This document shows positions 11,390-20,974 of a DNA stretch of 41,353 nt, one piece after another; within the stretch, counting starts at the first letter, position 1, and each line of letters opens with the position of its first letter. The stretch spans positions 1 to 41,353 of the forward strand of contig CAYVLA010000017.1 of NCBI GenBank assembly GCA_964452145.1, written 5' to 3'. The notes below the pieces were generated by a model that had not been told where the DNA came from, did not search any database, and saw only the letters and a list, made by a program, of their open reading frames with translations. Origin of the DNA: Candidatus Hadarchaeota archaeon (GTDB lineage Archaea; CAYQAE01; CAYVLA01). Both the position numbers and the translations under genes were made by a program.

Positions 11390-12067
11390 ATGTTGGCAGC
11401 TGCACTAAGTGAACTGGCTGCCGGACGCCCGATCCTCTTATATGATTTGGACGGGCGGGAGAATGAAACCGACATGATCGTGGCGGGCCAGTTCATCACT
11501 CCTGCGCACATCGCCCGCCTCCGGACCGAGGCCGGCGGGCTTGTCTGCGCAGCCATTCCTCGAAGGATTGCCGAGAGACTCGGCCTGCCCTACCTTCGAG
11601 ATGTATACAGATCGTCCGGCTTCGGAACGCTCAGACAGCTGTCCTTCCAGGAGATGCCCTACGGGGGCCTGCCTGCCTTCTCGATCACGATCAATCATCT
11701 GGATAGCTACACCGGAATCACCGATTACGAGAGATCACAGACGATACGGCAACTTGCCGATCTTGTGGAGAAGGTGGAGCGGGAACCGTCCCGTGATTGG
11801 TCGGACGCGGTGGCAGCGAACTTCCGATCGCCGGGTCACGTACACATACTCATAGGCGCGGATCTCAACGGGAGAAAGGGCCATACCGAACTGTCCCTGA
11901 AGCTCGCCGAGCTGGCCGGCCTGACGCCCGTGATGGTTGTGTGCGAGATGCTCGACGCCACGACACACAGAGCCCTGTCAAAGACCCAAGCCGCCCGCTA
12001 TGCGGAGTCTCACGGGCTGGCCATGGTGGAAGCCAGGGACCTGCTCGACCCGGAGGTCGTGCGATGA
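11390..12067 (+). CDS. ribB: 3,4-dihydroxy-2-butanone-4-phosphate synthase (archaeal type)
   Basis: YD.DGRENETDM, AGGLVC, TGITD.ER, FRSPGHV, GHTELS, CEMLD. Confidence 0.92.
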   Translation: MLAAALSELAAGRPILLYDLDGRENETDMIVAGQFITPAHIARLRTEAGGLVCAAIPRRIAERLGLPYLRDVYRSSGFGTLRQLSFQEMPYGGLPAFSITINHLDSYTGITDYERSQTIRQLADLVEKVEREPSRDWSDAVAANFRSPGHVHILIGADLNGRKGHTELSLKLAELAGLTPVMVVCEMLDATTHRALSKTQAARYAESHGLAMVEARDLLDPEVVR

Positions 12068-12528
12068 CCGATGTGGGCCTGGTCGACACGACGTTTGCCA
12101 GGATCGACATGGCGAGGTTTGTGCTGGAGGAGTTGCGAGGCTCCGATCGTTCCGTGAAGGTGTCGCGGTACACCGTGCCGGGAATAAAGGACATACCGGT
12201 CGCGGCGAAGAGGCTACTTGACCGGGGGTGCGAACTGGTCATCGCGCTGGGCATGCCGGGCGCAGCCGACATCGACAAGGACTGTGCCAACCAGGCATCG
12301 CTTGGGATCATCATGGTTCAGATCATGACCGGCAAGCACATCGTGGAGGTGTTCGTCCATGAGGATGAGGCGGATGACGAAAAACGGCTCCACGAGATAG
12401 CCGAAGACAGGGCACGCAAACATGCAAGAAACGCCCTTAAGCTTCTATCTGACCCGGAGTCCCTGACCAGGATGGCTGGGACAGGTCAACGTCAGGGCGG
12501 TCCCAGCCCGGGTCCCATAAAGCCCTAG
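12064..12528 (+). CDS. ribC: Archaeal riboflavin synthase
   Basis: VDTTFARIDM, TVPGIKDIPVAAKRL, ALGMPG, EVFVHEDE, G.RQG; ATG overlaps the ribB stop. Confidence 0.92.
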   Translation: MTDVGLVDTTFARIDMARFVLEELRGSDRSVKVSRYTVPGIKDIPVAAKRLLDRGCELVIALGMPGAADIDKDCANQASLGIIMVQIMTGKHIVEVFVHEDEADDEKRLHEIAEDRARKHARNALKLLSDPESLTRMAGTGQRQGGPSPGPIKP

Positions 12529-12531
12529 GAG

Positions 12532-12999
12532 GTGAGAATCTTGGAGAACATCAATCTCGGCATAGTTGTGTCGGAGTTCAACTACGATTTGACGGCCTTG
12601 ATGCTCCAGAGGGCCTTGGAGCATGCCAGATTCCTGGGAGCGAAGATCAGCTGCGTCTTCAAGGTCCCGGGGGCGTTCGATATGCCCTTGGCGATCAGAT
12701 CCCTGCTTGAGCGAAAGGACGTGGACGCTGTGGCCACCCTGGGGATGGTGATCGAGGGCGAAACCGAACATGACAAGGTCGTCGCATCCCAGGTCAGCCG
12801 AAAGATCGCCGACCTCTCGCTGGAGTTCGGCAAGCCGGTTTCCCTGGGCGTTGCCGGTCCTCGAATGACCCGCTCGCAGGCGACAGCAAGGATCGACGAA
12901 TACGCCAAGAGATCGGTGGAATCGGCCGTCAAACTGGTTAGGAGAATGAGGCAGGCCGCGCAACCGGCCTCCGGGGTGGAACCCCAGATCATCGAGTAG
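12532..12999 (+). CDS. ribH: 6,7-dimethyl-8-ribityllumazine synthase
   Basis: [36 protein letters not shown]. Confidence 0.94.
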   Translation: MRILENINLGIVVSEFNYDLTALMLQRALEHARFLGAKISCVFKVPGAFDMPLAIRSLLERKDVDAVATLGMVIEGETEHDKVVASQVSRKIADLSLEFGKPVSLGVAGPRMTRSQATARIDEYAKRSVESAVKLVRRMRQAAQPASGVEPQIIE

Positions 13000-13004
13000 G
13001 CGGG

Positions 13005-14126
13005 ATGGGTCATTCCTTGATGCTGGAGGGCACCATCCTAGCCGGGCCGGACCTAGAACCGTTTCCGGGATACGTCGCTGTGGAGTCCGGCTTAATAGAG
13101 GAAGTGGCCGAGACCCGAAGGTCGGGGCAGCCCCACAACATCATATTGCCAGGTCTGATCAACTGCCACACGCACATAGCCGACTGGATCTTCAAGGACC
13201 AGGGCATCGGGCTCAGCTTGGGCGACCTCGTGAGGAGCCCCGACGGGCTCAAACACATCCTGCTCGGCCGGGCCAACAGGGCCGAGCTGGTCAAGGGCAT
13301 GGCCATGGCCGAGAAGGAGATGATGAGATGCGGAATCACCTCCTTCCTCGACTTCAGGGAGCAAGGGGTGGACGGGATCAAGGCCTTTAGGCAGGCGGTG
13401 ACGACGATCGGAGGGCTGGCCTACGGCAGACCCGTCGGGCCGCGGGATCTGCTGGTGGAGGAAACCTCCGAGATAGCCAAGAGGGCAGACGGCATCGGCC
13501 TGGACACGGTGGGGACCTATTCCGACCTGGAGCTCGAGGCGATCAAGAAGGGCGCAGGCGGGAAGCCCGTGGCAGTCCATGCGCTTGAGGCGTCCTGGAA
13601 GCCTGGCGAGATCGACAGGGCGCTTGACATTCTCTCAGCGAACATGCTTGTTCACATCACCCATGCAAGGAGGGACGAGATAGTGAGAATCGGCGACGAG
13701 TGCAGGGCAGCGGTGATCTGCCCTCGGTCGAACGCATTCATGGGTATCGGAACCCCGCCCACCGACATGTTGTTGGAGGAGGGAGTCGTGGTGGGCCTTG
13801 GCACCGACAACTGCATGATATGCTCTCCGAACCTGTTCAGGGAAATGGAGTTCGCACTATCCGCGATGAGGAGAAAGAGGCCTCTCAGCGTTCTGCGCAT
13901 GGCCACGATCGGTGGAGCCGAGGCATGTGGGATCTCTCAGGCCACGGGATCGCTGGAGAAAGGCAAGGCTGCGGATATCCTGGTGATCGAAGAGGGGGAG
14001 AACCTCAGCAACGCTGCAGACATTCACGCGGCAATCGTCAAGAGGGCGGGGCCCGAGAACATCCTCCTCGTGCTGAGGAAGGGAAGACCCATCATGGACC
14101 GGAGGCGAGCGGACGACCGCCACTAG
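13005..14126 (+). CDS. Metal-dependent amidohydrolase (cytosine/adenosine deaminase-like)
   Basis: PGLINCHTH, VH..E, VH.TH, CPRSN, LGTDN, GSLEKGKAAD. Confidence 0.88.
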   Translation: MGHSLMLEGTILAGPDLEPFPGYVAVESGLIEEVAETRRSGQPHNIILPGLINCHTHIADWIFKDQGIGLSLGDLVRSPDGLKHILLGRANRAELVKGMAMAEKEMMRCGITSFLDFREQGVDGIKAFRQAVTTIGGLAYGRPVGPRDLLVEETSEIAKRADGIGLDTVGTYSDLELEAIKKGAGGKPVAVHALEASWKPGEIDRALDILSANMLVHITHARRDEIVRIGDECRAAVICPRSNAFMGIGTPPTDMLLEEGVVVGLGTDNCMICSPNLFREMEFALSAMRRKRPLSVLRMATIGGAEACGISQATGSLEKGKAADILVIEEGENLSNAADIHAAIVKRAGPENILLVLRKGRPIMDRRRADDRH

Positions 14127-14133
14127 GCCGTAT

Positions 14134-14772
14134 GTGATCCTCAACGCCGCTATGAGCCTGGATGGCAAGATCGCCACCCGTACCGGCAGGGCGAGGATAT
14201 CCTGTCCAGAGGACCTTGAGAGGATGCAGGCCCTGAGGGCCTCCGTTGATGGCATAATGATAGGGGTGAACACGGTGATCGTGGACGACCCATCCCTGCG
14301 CTTGAAGATCCCTGCCGATACGCCACCGACACGAATCATCGTGGACAGCCGTCTCAGAACCCCCGCCTCTGCCCGGATATTCTCCTTTCCCGGGCCGATA
14401 ATAATCGCGACGACGGAGAGGGCCGATCCGAGAAGGGCAGCCGAAATCAAGTGCAGAGCGGAGTTGATCACAGCCGGAAAGGAGAGGGTCGATCTGAACA
14501 CCCTCCTTCAAGAGTTGGCGAAACGGGGCTTCAGGCGGGTGTTGCTGGAGGGCGGAGGCACCCTGAACTGGAGCATGCTGCGGGCCGGGCTCGTGGATGA
14601 GCTGAGGATCGCCATCGCGCCCTTCATCATAGGCGGCGGGGATACCATAACGCTGGTCGAGGGCGAAGGAGCATCGTCAATGGAAGAGGCAATTCAGCTG
14701 GAACTCATCGATGCATCCCGGCATGGAAGGGACATCGTTGTGAGTTACAGGACGAGGAAGCGATCGCCATGA
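14134..14772 (+). CDS. arfC: 2,5-diamino-6-(ribosylamino)-4(3H)-pyrimidinone 5'-phosphate reductase
   Basis: NAAMSLDGKIA, G.NTV..DDPSL, LLEGGGTLN, LVDE; stand-alone RibD reductase domain; true start may be a few codons upstream. Confidence 0.9.
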   Translation: MILNAAMSLDGKIATRTGRARISCPEDLERMQALRASVDGIMIGVNTVIVDDPSLRLKIPADTPPTRIIVDSRLRTPASARIFSFPGPIIIATTERADPRRAAEIKCRAELITAGKERVDLNTLLQELAKRGFRRVLLEGGGTLNWSMLRAGLVDELRIAIAPFIIGGGDTITLVEGEGASSMEEAIQLELIDASRHGRDIVVSYRTRKRSP

Positions 14773-15497
14773 GGATTCGCCTCGATGAGATGACCTACGA
14801 TCGGGCCCGCTCCTTTAGGGAGATCATCCTCCCCGTTGGGAGCACTGAACAGCATGGACGCCATCTCCCCCTGGGGACCGACTCCATCATAGCCGACCGT
14901 GTCTGCCGGGAACTGGCCCGGAGGAAGGGTACCGCCCTCTGCCCCGTCCTCCCCTTCGGCTTCTCAAAGGAACACGCAGGATTCCCCGGAACCATCGATC
15001 TCGGAGCTGAGGCCTTCATGGCGGTGGTTCGCGGGATCGTGACATCCCTTGAAAGGACGTATGAACGCGTCTATGTCGTGAACTTCCACGGGGGGAACTC
15101 ATCTGCCTTGGAGACCGTGACAAAGGACATGTCCAGTCCCAAGGTTCGCCTGATTCATTTCTGGAGGGTGGCCAAGGACCAGATGCTACGCATGACCGAT
15201 CAAAAGGATCTGGGTATGGAGCACGCAGGAGAGTTCGAGACATCGATCATGCTCGCGGCCTTCCCCGAACTAGTCGACCATGAGGCGGACAGAGGCCCGC
15301 CGGAAAGCATCTCCATCGAGGGAGACAAGACCTGTCAGAGGGCTTGGCGCGCCGAGGAGATCACCGGAGACGGATCATTCGGGGGCGGACGATGGGCTTC
15401 TGCCGAGAAGGGAAACGCCTTCCTTGAGTCAGTCATCTCCAAGCTTGCGGAGATAGTCGATGGGATCCGGGATGAGCCAGCCAGAGACAGCCGCTGA
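14769..15497 (+). CDS. arfB: Creatininase-family formamide hydrolase (probable ArfB)
   Basis: PVGSTEQHGRHLPLGTD, NFHGGN, HAGEFETS; position in the riboflavin cluster. Confidence 0.75.
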   Translation: MRIRLDEMTYDRARSFREIILPVGSTEQHGRHLPLGTDSIIADRVCRELARRKGTALCPVLPFGFSKEHAGFPGTIDLGAEAFMAVVRGIVTSLERTYERVYVVNFHGGNSSALETVTKDMSSPKVRLIHFWRVAKDQMLRMTDQKDLGMEHAGEFETSIMLAAFPELVDHEADRGPPESISIEGDKTCQRAWRAEEITGDGSFGGGRWASAEKGNAFLESVISKLAEIVDGIRDEPARDSR

Positions 15498-16623
15498 CCG
15501 GAAAGCCCTCGAGAAGAGAGGCCTTTCGGAGACGGAGGCCGAGACGCTTCTCGACGCGAGGGGAGCCGACGCCGCAAGACTCAGGTCAATGGCCCGCTTC
15601 ATGACGAGGAAGACCGTCACGATGTCGCTGAACGTCTCCGTGCCTGTAACCAGATTGTGCAGAAACATGTGCGCTTACTGCGGGTTCAGAAAATCCAGGG
15701 GCGGATACCTCAGATGGTCGGAGATTCTGCCCGTGCTTCTGAAGGCTCAGGAGCTGGGTTGCTGTGAAGCGCTCTACATGGCCGGCGAAAAGCCCGAGCT
15801 GGTACACCGGAAGGCGCGGGACTTCCTTAGAAGGGAGGGCTTCTCCTCCACGCCCGAGTACGTCTGGTGGCTTTGCGCAAACACCTTGGACAAGACCGAT
15901 CTGCTGCCTCACACCAACATAGGTGTGCTGGAGCCCGAGGAGCTCCGGCTGCTCAAGGACGTCAATGCCAGCATGGGGCTCATGCTGGAGGATGCCAGCT
16001 CCAGGCTCTGTGCACAAGGCATGCCCCACGAACGCTCGCCGGGAAAGGACCCCGAAGCCCGACTGCGGATGATCGAGGATGCAGGAAGGCTCAGGATACC
16101 GTTCACAAGCGGACTTCTCATCGGGATAGGCCAATCAAGAGGCGAGATCGCACATTCGCTAGAAAGACTAAAGGGGGCCCAGACAAGGTACGGACACCTT
16201 CAGGAACTGATAATCCAGAGGTTCGTACCCGGGGAGGGGACCGGGATGGCAGGTTTTCTCCCGCCCCCCGACGACCTGATGCTGAACACATTCGCCGTAG
16301 CGAGGCTCGTCATGGGGCGAACGATAAGTCTCCAAGTCCCCCCCAACATCGAGCCAAACTTCGAGGCCTTCCTGCTAGCCGGAGCGGATGACCTCGGCGC
16401 CGTCTCACCCCTCACCCCGGACTACATCAACCCTCGGCTAGGCTTCAGCAGCAGGAAGGAAATCTTTAAGAGGATTTCGTCGATCGGCCTGCGAGCACGC
16501 CTTAGGCCGCCGGTTTACCCCAGGTATGCCACCTCCAGGTATCTCTCCCCCCGCCTCCTTTCCAGAACGAAGCTTTGGATTGATAGGATGAGAAACATGC
16601 CGTGGGAGGACTCGCCATGCTGA
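15472..16623 (+). CDS. cofG: FO synthase subunit CofG (radical SAM)
   Basis: CRNMCAYC, LLPHTN.G, NASMGLMLE, SPGKDP, PFTSGLLIGIG, QVPPN, DYINP. Confidence 0.92.
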   Translation: MSQPETAADRKALEKRGLSETEAETLLDARGADAARLRSMARFMTRKTVTMSLNVSVPVTRLCRNMCAYCGFRKSRGGYLRWSEILPVLLKAQELGCCEALYMAGEKPELVHRKARDFLRREGFSSTPEYVWWLCANTLDKTDLLPHTNIGVLEPEELRLLKDVNASMGLMLEDASSRLCAQGMPHERSPGKDPEARLRMIEDAGRLRIPFTSGLLIGIGQSRGEIAHSLERLKGAQTRYGHLQELIIQRFVPGEGTGMAGFLPPPDDLMLNTFAVARLVMGRTISLQVPPNIEPNFEAFLLAGADDLGAVSPLTPDYINPRLGFSSRKEIFKRISSIGLRARLRPPVYPRYATSRYLSPRLLSRTKLWIDRMRNMPWEDSPC

Positions 16624-17762
16624 CGAGGGAGCTCCCCGAGCTTGATCCCCTGTTCCGTGAAGCGGTGGACAAGGCGCTGGCGGGGGAGCGCCTGCCCCCT
16701 GGACTCATCGAAGCCCTTCTAGGCGCAAAGGGCAGGGAGTTCTCCGTTCTCATTCTGGCGGCCGATGCACTGCGGAAGCGCATCGTGGGAGACAGCGTCA
16801 CCTACGTGATCAACAGGAACATGAACTTCACAAACGTCTGCTCCAGCAGATGCGCGTTCTGCGGCTTCGCCCGAGATGCCTCCGATCCCGATGCCTACCT
16901 GCTGACGATGGACCAGGTAAGGACCAAAGCACGTGAGGCCGGGGCCTATGGGGCCACGGAGATATGCGTGCAGGGCGGCATCAGCCCGGGGGGCGACCTT
17001 GGCTACATGGTCGATCTGCTGAAGACGATAAAGACCGAGCTACCGGAGGTCCACATCCACGCCTTCTCTCCGATGGAGATAGACCACGCCTCGAGAACCT
17101 CGGGTCTGTCGGTAGAGGCGACCCTCAGGGAGCTGGTGGAGTCCGGTCTCGACAGCATGCCGGGGACGGCTGCCGAGATCCTGGTCGATAGGGTACGGAA
17201 GCTGATCTGTCCCAACAAGCTTACCTCGCAGCGATGGGAGGAGATAATCCTGGCAGCCCACGGCCTAGGCATCCGGACAACGTCCACCATGATGTACGGG
17301 ACCGTCGAAACTCTGGCCGAACGGGCAATGCATCTGGACAAGATACGATCGATTCAGGAGAGAACCGGCGGGTTCACGGAGTTCGTCCCGCTGCCCTTCG
17401 TGCACGGTCTTTCCCCTCTATCGCGCATCCTGCCAGGGGGTCCGACGGGAGCGGAGGATCTGCGGGTGATCGCGGCCGCGAGACTTGCCTTCGGTTGGAG
17501 CATTCCTAACGTTCAGGCATCCTGGGTCAAGATGGGCAGAAAACTTGCCCAGATAGGTCTGATCTGTGGGGCCAATGACCTCGGAGGGACCCTGATGGAG
17601 GAGAACATCTCCAGAAGCGCGGGATCCACGTCGGGATCCCTGATGACCCCTGTGGAGATGAGGCGCCTCATAGAGGACCTGGGGCGAAAGCCGGCCCAGA
17701 GGGACACGCTGTATCGCCTGGTCGATCGACCCTGGAAGCCCCGGCTCTGGCCAACCATGTGA
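16617..17762 (+). CDS. cofH: FO synthase subunit CofH (radical SAM)
   Basis: NRNMNFTNVC..C.FC, HAFSPMEI, MPGTAAEIL, QASWVK.G, DLGGTLMEENIS. Confidence 0.93.
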   Translation: MLTRELPELDPLFREAVDKALAGERLPPGLIEALLGAKGREFSVLILAADALRKRIVGDSVTYVINRNMNFTNVCSSRCAFCGFARDASDPDAYLLTMDQVRTKAREAGAYGATEICVQGGISPGGDLGYMVDLLKTIKTELPEVHIHAFSPMEIDHASRTSGLSVEATLRELVESGLDSMPGTAAEILVDRVRKLICPNKLTSQRWEEIILAAHGLGIRTTSTMMYGTVETLAERAMHLDKIRSIQERTGGFTEFVPLPFVHGLSPLSRILPGGPTGAEDLRVIAAARLAFGWSIPNVQASWVKMGRKLAQIGLICGANDLGGTLMEENISRSAGSTSGSLMTPVEMRRLIEDLGRKPAQRDTLYRLVDRPWKPRLWPTM

Positions 17763-17816
17763 CGAGGTGACGAAGATAAGTCTTATATGGCCACGGGGGG
17801 AAGGAAATCCGAGTCC

Positions 17817-18566
17817 ATGAAGGTCTATGACTCCTTGATGCGCGAGCTTCAATCCGGCAAGGTCCATCTTACTCTCATAGACCCAGACCGCCAGGAGCCG
17901 GCAGCGGCGGGACGGATGGCCGCCCAAGCCGAGAACGCGGGGACGGACGGCATAATGATAGGGGGATCGACCGCCGAAGACAACTCGATCCTGCAGACAA
18001 CGATCTGCGCGATCAAGGAGAGCTGCAGCCTGCCTACGATCCTTTTCCCTAGCGGCCCCAGTGGCGTATCAGCCAACGCAGACGCCCTCTTCTTCATAAG
18101 CCTTCTCAACTCGTCCGACCCGTATTTCATCACGGGGGCCCATGCCGAGAGCTCCCTTATGCTTAAGAGGCTAGGGGTGGAGATCATACCCGTTGGCTAC
18201 ATAATCGTGGAGCCGGGCCAGGAGGCTGGGAGGAGGGGCAAGGCCAACCTGATCCCTCGATCCAGACCCGACCTGGCGGCTTCGTATGCGCTCGTCGCAG
18301 ACATGTTCGGAATGAAGCTGGTGTACCTGGAGGCTGGGTCGGGGGCCGACAGGCATGTGCCACCCGAAATGGTTGGGGCCGTGAAGCAGGCGGTGCAGAT
18401 CCCTCTCATCGTGGGCGGGGGCATCAGGACGGTCCGAGATGCAGGAGCGGTCGCCCAGGCGGGGGCGGATATCATAGTTCAGGGCACCGCCATGGAGGAG
18501 GACAACGGTGCCAGGAGAAGGGTTGCGCAGGTCATAACACATCTGAAATCCCTGCCCGCTCGGTAG
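17817..18566 (+). CDS. Geranylgeranylglyceryl phosphate synthase
   Basis: HLTLIDPD, GIMIGGST, SLLNS..PYFITG, YLEAGSGA, VGGGIR. Confidence 0.93.
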   Translation: MKVYDSLMRELQSGKVHLTLIDPDRQEPAAAGRMAAQAENAGTDGIMIGGSTAEDNSILQTTICAIKESCSLPTILFPSGPSGVSANADALFFISLLNSSDPYFITGAHAESSLMLKRLGVEIIPVGYIIVEPGQEAGRRGKANLIPRSRPDLAASYALVADMFGMKLVYLEAGSGADRHVPPEMVGAVKQAVQIPLIVGGGIRTVRDAGAVAQAGADIIVQGTAMEEDNGARRRVAQVITHLKSLPAR

Positions 18567-18581
18567 GTTCGGGGGCCCGAG

Positions 18582-19448
18582 ATGACCAAGGCCGTCAGGG
18601 CGTTCCTGGATCTGACACGGATCATCCCGAATCAGATAATGCTTGGCCTCGGGGTCCTGGTCGGGGAGGTTGTGGCCTCCTCCGGGCTGCCTCCGCTTCT
18701 CCCAGGCCTCTTGGGCTTTCTGGGACCGCTGCTGCTCGGCACCTCAACTTTCGCCATGAACGACTACTACGATCTGGAGGCCGACCGAAAAGGCGGCAGG
18801 ATGGACAGGCCACTGGTGAGGGGCGACATCTCTCTCTCAGCCGCGCGGGCCACCTTCCTCATCGGATTCCCGGTGGGGTTGATCCTGTCATCTGCGATCA
18901 ACCTGGCCTGCCTCGCCATCGCAGTGGCGTTCTCGGCTTTGGCGCTGGGATACAACCTCAGGCTCAAGGAGACCGGCCTGCCCGGCAACCTGTTCATAGC
19001 AGGGACCATGGGGATACCCTTCATCTACGGGTCCCTCGCCGTTGGCGGGGGGTTCCCGGTTTCCATAGTCGTCTTGTCGCTGATAGCCTTCCTAGCCGGA
19101 GCCGGGAGGGAGATCCTCAAGGACATAATGGACGCGGAGGGCGACGAAGCCAGGGGATCACGGAGCGTTCCCAGGGTCAGGGGATTGCACTTTGCATCCC
19201 GTCTGTCCGCCTTCTTCTTCTTGTCTGCCATGGCCCTCAGCCCCATACCGTTCCTGTTCCCGTCTGCCGGATCCTACTACCTCAACTACGCCTACCTGGT
19301 GCCCGTGCTCGTAACCGATATCATCCTCGCCCGCGTGGTGATCGGCTCTCTGGGGATCTCCGAGCCCGTGGGCGCGGTTCCCTTCAGAAGGCAAAGCCTT
19401 CTTGCCCTCTGTGTGGGACTGATCGGATTCCTGATCGGATCCGTCTAG
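18582..19448 (+). CDS. Digeranylgeranylglyceryl phosphate synthase (UbiA family)
   Basis: NDYYDLEAD...RPLVRG and REILKDIMDAEGD motifs, multi-TM; directly after GGGPS. Confidence 0.88.
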   Translation: MTKAVRAFLDLTRIIPNQIMLGLGVLVGEVVASSGLPPLLPGLLGFLGPLLLGTSTFAMNDYYDLEADRKGGRMDRPLVRGDISLSAARATFLIGFPVGLILSSAINLACLAIAVAFSALALGYNLRLKETGLPGNLFIAGTMGIPFIYGSLAVGGGFPVSIVVLSLIAFLAGAGREILKDIMDAEGDEARGSRSVPRVRGLHFASRLSAFFFLSAMALSPIPFLFPSAGSYYLNYAYLVPVLVTDIILARVVIGSLGISEPVGAVPFRRQSLLALCVGLIGFLIGSV

Positions 19449-19586
19449 CGACCTTTGCTGGGACTTTGTGTGAGAGAGGGTGTTGTTGGCAGATACCCAC
19501 CCCGGACATCTCGGGAATGGTGTTCGGTTCCTGCATCATGGGCGGCATCTGAGCCTCCACGGCAACTGGATCGAGTGCATGTCTTC

Positions 19587-20522
19587 CTACTTCTGCGAGC
19601 CCCGGCCAAAGATGGCTCTCAGGGGGTCATGTGCGGCTCGGGGACGAATACCCATTGCGCGGGCGTTGTACGACACGGCCGCTTCGATGACTCCGCAGGC
19701 CGGAAAGATCTCGCCGGCGCGCGAGATGGATCCGTATATGATGAAATCCGACCCTAGGGCCCGACAGAGTGCAACGACCGATGACCGAGAGCTCCTGCGC
19801 CCCGCGGAGCCAAATCGGCCAAGCTGCGTGGATCGGCCTACGACCCCGACGGGGGCAGTGCCGGAGGGAAGGCCCAGCTGGCACTTGAACAGGTAGACTC
19901 CTCTAGCTGCCAATCCGATGCTGGGCAGGTCCAGAACCGGCGCAAACAGCAGGGGCTTAGTTATCCCGGCTCGCCGCGACTTCTCAAGCAAACCCGGGTT
20001 CCCCCCGAAGCCTCTTAGCACCTCGACCATGCCCTCGGGAAAGGGATTTCGGGGATTGAAGGCCTGAACCAAGGCGGCCTCGACGCCCGCGCAGCGTATG
20101 GACTCCAACTCATGTTCGTCCGCATGGAAGTTGATCGAATCGTAGACCACCCGGTCCAGAATCCCCGCCTCCTTCGCGCGGTAGACCCCGAAGACCCTGA
20201 CCTCCGGATCCTGCGAGTTCACCAAGATTGGGGACGGAGTGTTGTCAGCGACGAATTCGAGGCATTTCGCCATGGCTTCCTTGGTTTCGGCAACGAGGTC
20301 AACCATACACGGGATGCCCGTTCTGTTTGACATCCTGTCCTGCTTCGCCAGCAGCGCCCTCGCCTTCCGGACATCGAAGCTGCCCGAGCGTCTATCCGTG
20401 ACTATGCCGTGACCTTGATGGAAGAGGCTGCCTATCAGAACCGGAGGCAACTCGCCCGGCTGGCCTCCTATCTCGACGTCGCCGACCCTGAAGACCGTCT
20501 GAGGGATCTGGAATCTGTGCAA
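19587..20522 (-). CDS. mtrH: MtrH-family methyltransferase (tetrahydromethanopterin S-methyltransferase subunit H-like)
   Basis: N-terminus FQIPQTVFRVGDVEIGGQPGELPPVLIGSLFHQGH.IV.D, DFIIYG; TTG start. Confidence 0.82.
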   Translation of the reverse strand: MHRFQIPQTVFRVGDVEIGGQPGELPPVLIGSLFHQGHGIVTDRRSGSFDVRKARALLAKQDRMSNRTGIPCMVDLVAETKEAMAKCLEFVADNTPSPILVNSQDPEVRVFGVYRAKEAGILDRVVYDSINFHADEHELESIRCAGVEAALVQAFNPRNPFPEGMVEVLRGFGGNPGLLEKSRRAGITKPLLFAPVLDLPSIGLAARGVYLFKCQLGLPSGTAPVGVVGRSTQLGRFGSAGRRSSRSSVVALCRALGSDFIIYGSISRAGEIFPACGVIEAAVSYNARAMGIRPRAAHDPLRAIFGRGSQK

Positions 20523-20678
20523 GTTTGATCCGCTCCCCGGAAGCTCGCTACCCCGAATCCGGCAGCGCGCTCACGCCCACGCCACTGTGCCCGGATTCCG
20601 GATTGAACATGACCACACCAGGTCGGGTCCGCATGACGGATCTGGACCGACCGGATCCGTCGAGCAAGAGGACTCGGA

Positions 20679-20766
20679 TGCGGCCGCCGGGATTTGAACC
20701 CGGGCAATGAGCTGTTTCCTCGGCCAATGGGAAGCTCATGTCCTAACCAGACTAGACAACGGCCGC
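20679..20766 (-). tRNA. tRNA-Gly(CCC) with 14-nt intron at canonical 37/38 (intron 20714-20727)
   Basis: Minus strand GCGGCCG...TGAGC TT CCC A[TTGGCCGAGGAAAC]A GCTCA...GGGTTCAAATCCCGG CGGCCGC A; TTCC/GGAA central helix with 3-nt bulges. Confidence 0.93.
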
Positions 20767-20790
20767 GTCGTCCCGGCCGGACCGGGGAAT

Positions 20791-20806
20791 CTAATAACTT
20801 TTTCCG
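20791..20806 (-). promoter_or_regulatory. BRE/TATA promoter of tRNA-Gly
   Basis: Minus strand CGGAAAAAGTTATTAG about 25-40 nt upstream of the tRNA 5' end. Confidence 0.6.
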
Positions 20807-20974
20807 ACTCTCCCCAGTTGGGTTAGAGCCGGAGGCTCGGCACGTGCCGGGTCGATGATGAAACCCACTCTCACAAGAACGGGCTGACAGAAGGCATCCG
20901 CCCATCGGCGTCGGCCATCGGTCCGCCGGTCCATCGGGAAAGAGTTAATAGTTGTTCGGAGGCGGGATAGTACA

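Noticed and set aside
20635..20661. Hairpin GACGGATCTGG/CCGGATCCGTC downstream of tRNA-Gly
   Set aside because: No U-tract or BHB; cannot assign a function
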